64,000 bases of DNA from an uncultured virus (IMG/VR IMGVR_UViG_3300009703_000011) (Duplodnaviria; Heunggongvirae; Uroviricota; Caudoviricetes): the IMG/VR virus record IMGVR_UViG_3300009703_000011; one strand, 5' to 3'. Below the pieces are notes generated by a model. The model did no database searches. It was given only the letters and a program-made list of their open reading frames with translations, and was not told the origin of the DNA. Position 1 is the stretch's first letter. The number at the start of each line of letters is the position of its first letter. Shown piece after piece: positions 11,671 through 20,656 of the stretch. Both the position numbers and the translations under genes were made by a program.

Positions 11671-11973
11671 AAAATGAAATTATTGTTTTATCTATTGATT
11701 GCAAAGCCAATTATCTGGTTACTCAGAAGTATAGTATTGGTACACTTGTGGGCCTGGTTCGTTGTAGGAACATTTAATATTGATCCTATTTCTGGACCCC
11801 AGGCTATTGGCTTATCCATATTAGTGAGTCTTGTTACTTTCCAAATCCCCTCAATGAAAGTGGTTAATGAGGATAATAGGTTACTTTATACCTTTATGAC
11901 TACTAATATTATGAGCCTTGGTGCTTGGGTTAGTGGTTATATTATTAGCCTGTTTTTATGAAAAGAGAGTTTT

Positions 11974-12498
11974 ATGTACTATGCTGGCATTGGTGCTAGA
12001 AAAACGCCTCCCTATCTTCTTAAATACTTCACCTCAGTCGCAGAAGGCTTAGGAGTTCAAGGATGGATCTTAAATTCTGGTGGTGCTGATGGAGCTGATA
12101 CTGCATTCGAAAATGGTGCACGCTCTATTTGTGCAAAGAGGAATATCTTCCTACCCTGGAAGGGCTTCAATAAAAATAATTCATCACTTTACCTAGAAAA
12201 CATGTCTAGAGATTTAGTAAATTCTGCAAGAAAAATTGCTGAAGATTTTCACCCACAGGGTAATCGTATGAACCCTACTGTTTCTCAGTTCATGACTAGG
12301 AATACCTTTCAAGTACTAGGGGTGAATCTTAAAACCCCCGTATCCTTTGTACTATGTTGTAGTCCAGGAGGGTATAAAACAGGTGGTACATCACAAGCCA
12401 TGAGAGTGGCACGTGGTTATAATATTCCTGTTATTAATACATCTAATGCAGGCTTTAGGGATAAGTTAAAAGCTATAACAGAAAAGGTACGATTTTAA
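11974..12498 (+). CDS. DprA/Smf-like (SLOG) protein
   Basis: YAGIGARKTP, SGGADGADTAFE, RN.FQVLG, GGTSQA motifs. Confidence 0.8.
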   Translation: MYYAGIGARKTPPYLLKYFTSVAEGLGVQGWILNSGGADGADTAFENGARSICAKRNIFLPWKGFNKNNSSLYLENMSRDLVNSARKIAEDFHPQGNRMNPTVSQFMTRNTFQVLGVNLKTPVSFVLCCSPGGYKTGGTSQAMRVARGYNIPVINTSNAGFRDKLKAITEKVRF

Positions 12499-13091
12499 AT
12501 TTACGTGATATCATAGGTGAATGTCTGAAGAAGAGAATGATCTTGAGAGATTTATTAGATTTAGCAGAGCAATAGCTAAGAACATACCCACCGAAGATGG
12601 TGAGGAGCTTGGCGACCTACTACACACTAAACATCAAGATGATCTAACAGGTTTAATGATAGACCTGGCCAAGTGGCTATTAAATACTGGTTTTGATGAG
12701 GATGACACCGTTAGTCTTTTAAAAGCAGCAATGACATATTCTGCCTATATCGCCTTTAATACAGAGGCAACAGAAAGAGAGTTAAAAGCATGAATCGAAA
12801 TTATACAGGATGGAAGCCCGGTACCAATTCACGTGGACTTCCCAGTCGAGATGTTGAGCAGCCTAAAAACTATGCAAATTCAGTTACTTCCAAGGAAACT
12901 GATATTGCTAAAAGCTTTGCAGCAACATGTAAGAAGGCCACTGATGTTATTAATGACATGATTGAACAAGGCCGACTCCCTGAATCCTTCTGGAATACGA
13001 AGGATAAATATGAAGAAGTTAAACCCACTGCTAGACAATACCGTCGCTATCGCCAAGGTCATGGTCTTGCATATCAATATGGACGTTAAAG

Positions 13092-13472
13092 ATGGATAGA
13101 ACTATTGCACGCAACTGGATCGAAGCACTTAGGAGTGGAAGATACGAGCAGGGGACATGTTACTTGTCTCGTAATGGTCGACACTGTTGCCTAGGTGTTT
13201 TAGCCGAAGAAATGGGTTATGATCTAAACTTATATAGAATTTCTGAAGTGCCTGGAGACTTGTTTCCAGATTTCGAAATGGATACCTGGCCCCTAGGGGG
13301 AGAAGAAGGAGATCCTACTGTATTATTAACAAAAGAAGAAGTATCGAAAATGAAGGTACACCTAAGCTTTAACAATAATATGCAGAGCACTCTAGCAAAA
13401 TTAAATGATAGTAGAGATTTCTCTTTTGAAGAGATTGCCAATATTATTGAGAGGCAGATAGATGACATCTAG
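13092..13472 (+). CDS. conserved phage hypothetical protein
   Basis: WIEALRSGRYEQG...CCLGV...LNDS..FSFEEIA.IIE pattern. Confidence 0.7.
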   Translation: MDRTIARNWIEALRSGRYEQGTCYLSRNGRHCCLGVLAEEMGYDLNLYRISEVPGDLFPDFEMDTWPLGGEEGDPTVLLTKEEVSKMKVHLSFNNNMQSTLAKLNDSRDFSFEEIANIIERQIDDI

Positions 13473-13531
13473 TAAGCTTATCGTGTGAAAGGCAGGCTTA
13501 CTCCAGTTTTGTTGTTGATATATGAAACTGG

Positions 13532-13824
13532 CTAATTAATGCAGAGACGGTCAGGAGGTAGAAGCTCGGACCTTCATCCTTTAAAGAGTGGAACGATGAG
13601 ATAATCACCAGACCACGTATCAGTGAAAGAATAGTTCACTATGTAAAGCTCATAATGTTTTTTAAAAAAGGTTAAGCCTGATACAAAAGCAAGAACTATT
13701 TAGACATTTCGTTGCCGGCATGCCAAGACGAAGTCAGCCCTGGTGAGTAAAGCTTTTCAGGAAAACCCGAAGTATGCCTATGGGGTCCTTTGTTAATGTA
13801 TGACACTAGCCTAGTATTAATTAG
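13532..13824 (+). ncRNA. structured RNA mimicking the 23S rRNA H42-H44 (L10/L11 stalk base)
   Basis: AGACGGTCAGGAGGTA-GAAG-7nt-CTTC-ATCCTTTAAAGAGTG ... CACTAGCCTAGT inside an 11-bp closing helix (13532-42/13814-24); non-coding gap with many internal helices. Confidence 0.65.
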
Positions 13825-14070
13825 AGAAACCTATTTAAAAAGGAACACAAATGAAACCAGGATTACTCTCTATCTTTTTAGCTTTCCTACCAGTGATATC
13901 TCTTAACTTGTTATTTGATAATGATTGGAATACAACTTGGCATGTAATAGGGAGACTTGGAATGGGTATTTGGTTTGGTTTAATTTCTGTACCAATTGCA
14001 AATAAAGTACTAGAAAAATAACCATTAAACTTGACAATAATATATTGCCTGTCTAATCTGTATAAACAGA

Positions 14071-14146
14071 GGGTTACTAGCTTGCATGGTGTAAGCGCTC
14101 GCCTGAAGAGCGAGAGATCTTGGATCGTTACCAGGGTAACCCACCA
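14071..14146 (+). tRNA. tRNA-Phe (GAA)
   Basis: cloverleaf GGGTTAC/GTAACCC, CTGAAGA loop, atypical T-loop ATCGTTA, CCA. Confidence 0.88.
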
Positions 14147-14444
14147 AAGGATTAATGAGAAAATGACCTATGTACAAAATAACATCCAGTTCGATATTCA
14201 GCATGCAGCGCATGCCAATATTGACGTACAGGTCTTTAAAAAAGCTAAACTTTCCTAACCAGCTCGATCCAACTTATCTCATTAATCTACATCCAACACA
14301 TAGGTCCCTAGCAGCAATAGAGTTTCTTGATTATGTAGACTGTTGTCACATAAATAAACTAATTGATGATCAATTGTATGAATCTATACGTAGTGTAGTT
14401 AAACAAATATGTGAGATTAGAAATTGATTAGTGAATATCTACTT

Positions 14445-14519
14445 GGGTTCGTAACTCAGAGGCAGAGTAGTCGTCTTTTAAACGATAGGTCGAGATTTCG
14501 AAATTCTCCGAGCCCACCA
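14445..14519 (+). tRNA. tRNA-Lys (TTT)
   Basis: GGGTTCG/CGAGCCC, CTTTTAA loop, CCA. Confidence 0.9.
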
Positions 14520-14939
14520 ATGATTAACCATATAACAATAGAGCTTTAAATGGCACACAATAATAATATAACTAATAAATTAAAACATTTCCAGAAAATT
14601 GAAAAAATTAAAAAAAGAATTTGGTTTATCCTTCGCAAAGGTAATAATCTAGTCTACACATCTCCTAATGCATCAATATGGAGTGACGAGGATTTTTCTA
14701 TAAAAGCTTCTGATCTTCAACTGGGTTATGATAAAAACTTACAAGAGTTACTATTGAGTCAAGTTGAAGAACTAGGTCAAGCAATCAACGATGGAATTGA
14801 AAACAAGGATGAGGATATAGATAACGATCAAGGTTTAAAAATTGATTTTTATGACACAGTAAAAGACAATTCCTATGAAGGAGATATACCATTTTAAAAC
14901 TTAAAGAATGTAGAGTGGAGGAGAGTGGTAATTCAGTAT

Positions 14940-15032
14940 TCCAGGATGCGAGACTAGGTGATGGCGGCACGGCTGTTAACCGTGTAGGGGCAAAAGCCCC
15001 GTAGGTTAGTTCGAATCTAACTCCTGGAGCCA
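14940..15032 (+). tRNA. tRNA-Asn (GTT) with long variable arm
   Basis: TCCAGGA/TCCTGGA, G73, CTGTTAA loop, GGGGC-AAAA-GCCCC variable arm, CCA. Confidence 0.85.
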
Positions 15033-15044
15033 TTAAGTTAATAT

Positions 15045-15119
15045 GTGCCCTTAGCTGAGTGGTTATAGCGCCGTCCTGTTAAGTCGGATACCTAAGTTCA
15101 ATTCTTAGAGGGTACGCCA
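15045..15119 (+). tRNA. tRNA-Asn (GTT)
   Basis: GTGCCCT/AGGGTAC, CTGTTAA loop, CCA. Confidence 0.85.
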
Positions 15120-15122
15120 AAT

Positions 15123-15197
15123 GGGATTGTATTTCAGTGGTAGAATGCCTCCTTTACACGGAGAAGGTCGGGAGTTCGAATCTCTCCAGTCCCACCA
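15123..15197 (+). tRNA. tRNA-Val (TAC)
   Basis: GGGATTG/CAGTCCC, TTTACAC loop, CCA. Confidence 0.9.
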
Positions 15198-15880
15198 ATT
15201 AGGAAAAGAAAATGGAAGACAATCTTATTTACTTAGTCAACGCAGGTGATAATTATTACCCACGTGAGTGGAATGTAATTTTCATTACTAAAAACAAAGA
15301 AGAAGCTGATAAAAAAGCAGCAGAAGCTATAGAAATAAAAGATCGAGAATATGGAGGCAAAAGGGCCGATTATGATTGGTCACATCTGGTGACCCTTAAT
15401 CCGGCAACCCTTTCCTGTACTGGACCGTTTTAAATTTTTGAGGAAACAATGAACCCTGAAGAAAAAAAAAGAGCTAAGAAATATTTTAATATTAAAAAAG
15501 ATATTAGCGATGAAGATATCCAAGAGTTTTTAGATGAAGAGGTACATATCTGTAAAAGCCATGAAGCTTCTGATATTAATAATAGAGGTTATTCAGCTCA
15601 ATTAGAATATCTTGGAATATAGGAAATATATATGTCTATAACAATTGTAGTACTAAGTGATGGAGAGACTTGGGAAGAACTTAATGATGCTCAAGAAATC
15701 CTTGAAGTTTCAGATAAAGAGTTTGAACAATTAAATAATGGTGAATTAAAACCAAAAAGTCTCAATCGTGAAACTCTTGAAGGGTTAGTAAATCTTGAGT
15801 CACTGTGGAAATATAGATGACTATAGGTCTGCTAAGTATTATATTGTTGTTAATATCTAATATAATGAGGAGTTACTTGT

Positions 15881-15956
15881 AGAGGTGTAATTTAATTGGT
15901 AAACTACTTGGTTTTGATCCAAGCTTATGCACGTTCGAGTCGTGTCACCTCCGCCA
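15881..15956 (+). tRNA. tRNA-Gln (TTG)
   Basis: AGAGGTG/CACCTCC, TTTTGAT loop, CCA. Confidence 0.85.
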
Positions 15957-16287
15957 ATGTAAGGTCTAGAACTAGTTGCAACTAGTAGGATATCCAAGAA
16001 ACTCTACCTGAGCGCCTTACGCCTTTTAAATGGATGCTTAAACAGATGACACAAGTTGAATTTCAAAAAATGCTATTAGAAACCCTGGAGTGGATGACCC
16101 TTAGAGAGTTAGCAGCTTTATCTTCATGTCAGGTTAGTGATATGAAGGGGTGGGTCAAAGGTGATTATTCACCACTAAACTCTATTATGCTCTTGCTTAA
16201 GCAAAAGATTGGAAAGGAAAGAATGAAGAAAATCCCATACGAATCTCGTATTGGTACCTATGGAGGGACAAGGTTGAGTTAGTTTAT

Positions 16288-16363
16288 GTGGCGATGGCCG
16301 AGTGGTTAAGGCGGTATACTGTGAATATATCTTTCGTCTGTTCGAATCAGACTCGTCACCCCA
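16288..16363 (+). tRNA. tRNA-His (GTG)
   Basis: GTGGCGA/TCGTCAC, C73, CTGTGAA loop, CCA. Confidence 0.9.
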
Positions 16364-16364
16364 A

Positions 16365-16438
16365 TAGGAATTAGTCTAGTGGCAAGACCGCAGGCTCTGA
16401 ACCTGTAGACAGGAGTTCGATTCTTCTATTCCTAGCCA
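16365..16438 (+). tRNA. tRNA-Gln (CTG)
   Basis: TAGGAAT/ATTCCTA, CTCTGAA loop, CCA. Confidence 0.9.
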
Positions 16439-16732
16439 AGAGTGATAAATATGAAAGTAACAAATTTACAAGAGTACAAAAATAGATTAGCTGATGAAGA
16501 TAAAAAGTTCCAAAAGGACAGGGTCACCCATGAAGAGACCCAACTTATTCTCTCCTCTATTCTGGAACACAGTGAAAACAGAATTACAGTAGATGAAGCA
16601 ATGAAAGTAATGAAGTGGGCAGAAGAAACAAGACTAGGTAATTCAATACTAGAAGCAGTATTAAAGAAAGAGATTCTGATATTAATAAATGAAGAAGGAG
16701 AGATTTGTTTTAAAACAGCAGAATAAACATGT

Positions 16733-16808
16733 GCGCCTGTGGTCCAACGGTTCAAGATCTTCGCCTGATAAGCGAAAGAAGATAGTTCAACTCTATCCTG
16801 GCGTACCA
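16733..16808 (+). tRNA. tRNA-Ile (GAT)
   Basis: GCGCCTG/CTGGCGT, CTGATAA loop, CCA. Confidence 0.85.
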
Positions 16809-16811
16809 ATT

Positions 16812-16886
16812 GGCCTATTAGTGAACTGCCTATCACGCTTCCCTGTCCAGGAAGAATAGAGAGATGGATACTCTCATAGGTCGCCA
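16812..16886 (+). tRNA. tRNA-Asp (GTC), non-canonical D/T loops
   Basis: GGCCTAT/ATAGGTC, CTGTCCA loop, T-loop ATGGATA, CCA. Confidence 0.85.
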
Positions 16887-16972
16887 CGAAGTGGAAAGCC
16901 ACACTTCACATCCACAAGGCAGTAGCGTTGTGAATATTTAGGCTTGACAAGGTACGGAGAGACGTCGCATTT

Positions 16973-17049
16973 GGGCAGAGGCTACCCCGCCAAGGATGAC
17001 TCGGAATATACACGGGGGAAAATGGGTTCGAATCCCATCATGTCCACCA
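16973..17049 (+). ncRNA. tRNA-like element with T-arm and ACCA end but no D-arm or normal anticodon loop
   Basis: ATGGG-TTCGAAT-CCCAT-CATGTCC-ACCA; partial 5' partner GGGCA; CCCCG/CGGGG helix. Confidence 0.4.
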
Positions 17050-17574
17050 ACAAGTACGGAAACGTCGCCGTCGTAAAAGTAATTAGACGTGACGAGGGAG
17101 AGACCTCACTTACTCCTGCGTTGCACACGTGCTAGGTTTGAGCAGCCTCTACTCTGTAGTTTAAATTTGGTTCCGATTAGCCCACGTTACGGGCTGTATT
17201 ATTTACCTAAGGATATTATAGTGAAAAACCCTTACTACACAAAAGAACAAGTCAAGCGTATGCTTGAGAACTCTTATAGAACAGAGAAGTTACGCTTAAT
17301 TCAACAAGTTAATGAGCTTACTGATACTTTACATAGCGTGTGTAATAATCGTGAGAGTTTAGAACATAACGATCCCGAGCCAAAAGCATGGCCCGAAGAG
17401 CTTAAGAAATGGTGGATAGAGACTCACACTAGAAAAGTTACAGAACAAAGTAAAAAATTAGAATTTGAAAGGTATATTCTACAACAGGAAGATCGAAAAT
17501 TAATTAAGCAAGAACAATATGTTCTAGATCAACTTGCAAGAATTCGTACTATGTTTAATTAGTAAATAAAATTT

Positions 17575-17646
17575 GGGGGATCTAGATGGGCTAGACCTTG
17601 CACTTGCACTGCGAGAGAAAGAGTTCGATACTCTTATCCTCCACCA
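17575..17646 (+). tRNA. tRNA-Ala (TGC), short D region
   Basis: GGGGGAT/ATCCTCC with G3:U70, CTTGCAC loop, CCA. Confidence 0.8.
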
Positions 17647-17649
17647 TCA

Positions 17650-17722
17650 GAGAGAAATGCAGGTTCGAGTCCTGTCCTCTTCCGCCAATGTGGCGGAGTA
17701 GTTCAATTGGGAGAACGCTCTC
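17650..17722 (+). ncRNA. circularly permuted tRNA-like module (YrlA-like topology)
   Basis: GAGAG, T-arm GCAGG-TTCGAGT-CCTGT, TTCCGCCA/TGGCGGAG hairpin, D-arm GTTC-AATTGGGA-GAAC, CTCTC. Confidence 0.7.
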
Positions 17723-17987
17723 GCTTTTTAAAGGAAAAAATGAAGAAAGTAGAAGGTTGGATAGGTCTTGATGCAATTGAAGATTCTGAAAAAGAAGTCT
17801 CTCTTTTAAGAGAAGAAGCTATTTCTATCCTTGTCGATGATTTAGAAACATGGGATCCAAAAGTTCTTCGTGAATATGCCAAGACGATTATGAGAGAACG
17901 TTTAGAACAATATTGCAATAAACATCTATTGTCTGAATATAATAATCGAATGGCTTATGAGATTAAATCTGTTATATAATATAATAT

Positions 17988-18062
17988 GGCGTAGTAGCTT
18001 AATGATAGAGCCGTTGGTTTTCAGCCAACTTGATGCGGGTTTGAATCCTGTCTACGTCACCA
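17988..18062 (+). tRNA. tRNA-Glu (TTC)
   Basis: GGCGTAG/CTACGTC, TTTTCAG loop, T-loop TTTGAAT, CCA. Confidence 0.85.
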
Positions 18063-18122
18063 TTCCCTGTGATAACTTTAGCAGGAGGACGCAAGTGTAT
18101 TAGGGTTAAGCCTGTCAACTTG

Positions 18123-18199
18123 TATAGCGTAACTCAGTGGGTAGAGTACATGGCAATTAGCCATGGAGCCGTTGGTTCGATTCCAACCGCTAGTGTCCA
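18123..18199 (+). pseudogene. degenerate tRNA (apparent anticodon ATT, A33)
   Basis: good D, anticodon and T stems; loop CAATTAG; top of acceptor stem mismatched. Confidence 0.55.
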
Positions 18200-18227
18200 G
18201 TTTTCATTTAACATAGGAGTATTTGAT

Positions 18228-18907
18228 ATGGTTCAGGTACTTAAAGAAGAAGATGGTTTTCCAGTAAAGATGTGGACAGGGGGTGTCTATGTCGAAGATG
18301 GAGCAAAGCAGCAACTTCTCAATGCATCTAAGATGCCCTTTATTCACAAACATATTGCAGCCATGCCTGACGTTCACGTTGGTATGGGGGCTACTATTGG
18401 AAGTGTTATTCCTACTATTGGAGCTGTAATTCCAGCAGCAGTAGGTGTTGATATCGGTTGTGGCATGATGGCCGTCCGTACTTCACTAACAGCATCTGAT
18501 CTTCCTGATAATCTTCACAAGATTAGATCAGCAATTGAATCAGTAATCCCACATGGTCGTACTGATAATGGCGGAGCCAATGACAGAGGTGCGTGGACTG
18601 ATATACCAGACCGTGTAGATCTAGCATGGGGCAACGTTCATTTATTGTACGTGGTAAGGGTAATCCTGAATCTTTCTGCTCGTGTAGTCATGGTGCAGGT
18701 AGAGTAATGAGACAGACACAGGCTAAACAACAATTCACCGTTGACGATTTAATTAAAGAGACAGACGGTGTTGAGTGTAAGAAAGATGAATCAGTTCTTG
18801 ACGAATTACCTTCTGCTTATAAAGATATAGACGCTGTTATGGCAGCACAATCAGATCTAGTAGAAGTACTACATACTCTAAAACAAGTCCTTTGTATTAA
18901 AGGCTAG
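18228..18907 (+). pseudogene. rtcB: RtcB RNA ligase with large internal deletion/frameshift
   Basis: N-part MPDVHVGMGATIGSV...VGVDIGCGM; C-part MG..SFIVRGKGN...SCSHGAGR...DELPSAYKDI...IKG in another frame; central GNHF region absent. Confidence 0.85.
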
Positions 18908-18914
18908 GAAAAAG

Positions 18915-20225
18915 ATGACATTTCATAATAAGCGTGGACCTGATGGAAAATTTATTTCCAATAAGCAGGCAGCTAAGAAGAAAAGAGGTAAAAAGGTAAA
19001 GACTCAAACCGTACAGCAGAGAGATTCTCAAGGTCGGTTTTTAAGCTTTAACGAAAACAACACAGGTGGTAAGTCGACACCCTCGAAGATTAAACTACCT
19101 AAGCGTGATGCAGCCGGCAGGTTTCTCCCTTCTGGGAAAAAGAAACCCCGTCGTGCACGTTCCAACAGTACATCCAGTATTAATAGTAATGTTAATGAAA
19201 ACAATGTAGTAGAACAAGTAACTCACGTAGCACTTGTACTTGATGCATCTTCATCTATGCATCCTTATGTTGCCGAGGCTCTTCAGTCCTTCAATCAACA
19301 ACTTGGACAAGTAAAACTAAGTGCAAGAGATACTAAACAGAAAACCGCCGTTAGCGTTTCCACTTTCGCAGGCAGAAGTATTACTAAAATCTGTAGCGAA
19401 TCCTTTCCCGAAGCTGTACCTGATGTTGGTCGGTTCAACTATCGTACTGGTGGACTTACAAATCTTATCGATGCAGTTGGTCAGCAAATACAAGACTGGA
19501 CCACTAACAATGATTATAATGATGAAAATCATAGTTACTTAATGATTGTTATCACTGATGGAGGAGAAAATAATTCTCACAAGTTTGGTAGTAGATATAA
19601 TACTAACAAGATTAAAGCTATGTGTAAGGAAGCTCTTCGTACAGAACGTGTAACATTTGCATTCTCAGTACCTCCCAGGATGTCACAGAGTATTGAGTGC
19701 AACTTTGGTGTTCCACTTGGTTGTATTCAAGAGTGGGAACTTAGTGCGGTTGGATTTTCTACAATGTCGGAATCTAACACTCTGGGTACTCGAAGCTACT
19801 TCTCTGCACGTAGTAAAGGTGCTAAGAAAGTTGGCTCCTTTTACGTTAATGCAGATAAGATTAAACAATCTGATCTAGACAAAATGAAATCTGTAAAATC
19901 TAATTTCTTCAGCTGGACTGTTCCAAAAGAGATGGATATTACTGAGTTCGTATCTGGAACAAAGAATAAACAGTATACTCCTGGTAATGGCTACTATCAG
20001 CTTATGAAGTCTGAAAAACTCGGTGCTAATAAGGATATCCTACTTCAGGACCGAGTTACTGGTGAGATTTTCCAAGGAAATGAGGCTCGTACTCTCCTTG
20101 GTCTTCCAGTTGGAGTTGATTGTAAGATCAAGCCTGGTAATCATGCGAATTTTTCAATCTTTATTAATTCAACATCCACTAATAGAATTCTTGTCAGAGG
20201 GACAACTTTCCTATATCGTAGGTAA
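18915..20225 (+). CDS. vWA domain protein with basic N-terminal repeats
   Basis: VLDASSSM (DxSxS), T, ITDGGEN MIDAS motifs; RGPDGKF/RDSQGRF/RDAAGRF repeats. Confidence 0.85.
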   Translation: MTFHNKRGPDGKFISNKQAAKKKRGKKVKTQTVQQRDSQGRFLSFNENNTGGKSTPSKIKLPKRDAAGRFLPSGKKKPRRARSNSTSSINSNVNENNVVEQVTHVALVLDASSSMHPYVAEALQSFNQQLGQVKLSARDTKQKTAVSVSTFAGRSITKICSESFPEAVPDVGRFNYRTGGLTNLIDAVGQQIQDWTTNNDYNDENHSYLMIVITDGGENNSHKFGSRYNTNKIKAMCKEALRTERVTFAFSVPPRMSQSIECNFGVPLGCIQEWELSAVGFSTMSESNTLGTRSYFSARSKGAKKVGSFYVNADKIKQSDLDKMKSVKSNFFSWTVPKEMDITEFVSGTKNKQYTPGNGYYQLMKSEKLGANKDILLQDRVTGEIFQGNEARTLLGLPVGVDCKIKPGNHANFSIFINSTSTNRILVRGTTFLYRR

Positions 20226-20319
20226 ATGAGCCCGATGACTTGCGCAGTTACTAGATTCTGCCCAGTATAAAACTAGTAATAGTAGTTGCTGATCTACTCT
20301 ATCAAAATCAGCAATTTGT

Positions 20320-20395
20320 GGGCCTGTGGCGCAGTTGGGAGCGCAATTCTATGGCATGGAAGAGGTCGTCGGTTCAAGTCCGACCAGGTCCACCA
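20320..20395 (+). tRNA. tRNA-Ala (GGC)
   Basis: GGGCCTG/CAGGTCC with G3:U70, ATGGCAT loop, CCA. Confidence 0.92.
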
Positions 20396-20504
20396 ATCGA
20401 GTCCGTCGGCAGAAATGCTTTCTTCCGAAAATGTAAAGGTTTTTTATTTTTGCCTTGCTCCTGAGAGGAAGAACTGGAGATTAACCAGGGCGGCTCGTGT
20501 CTAT

Positions 20505-20656
20505 GGGTGTAAGTAACTGATACCGGACCCGGAATTATATCAGAGGAACTGTCTTTATAGCGCTATCTAGTATCGGCTCGGTCAGAATCCCTCGGGGGAT
20601 TCGGACTTAAAAAGACTACCGAGAATGAGATTTGGGTTCGACCCCTAGTGCACCCT
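20505..20656 (+). ncRNA. ~150-nt tRNA-like structured RNA
   Basis: GGGTGTA/TGCACCC terminal helix, TTGGG-TTCGACC-CCTAG T-arm, several internal helices. Confidence 0.5.

Noticed and set aside
18069..18227. N-terminal extension of rtcB in the ORF track (and similar ORFs at 14031, 20286, 37870, 39339, 51988)
   Set aside because: These run through tRNA genes; better starts with RBS lie downstream, or the ORFs are spurious.
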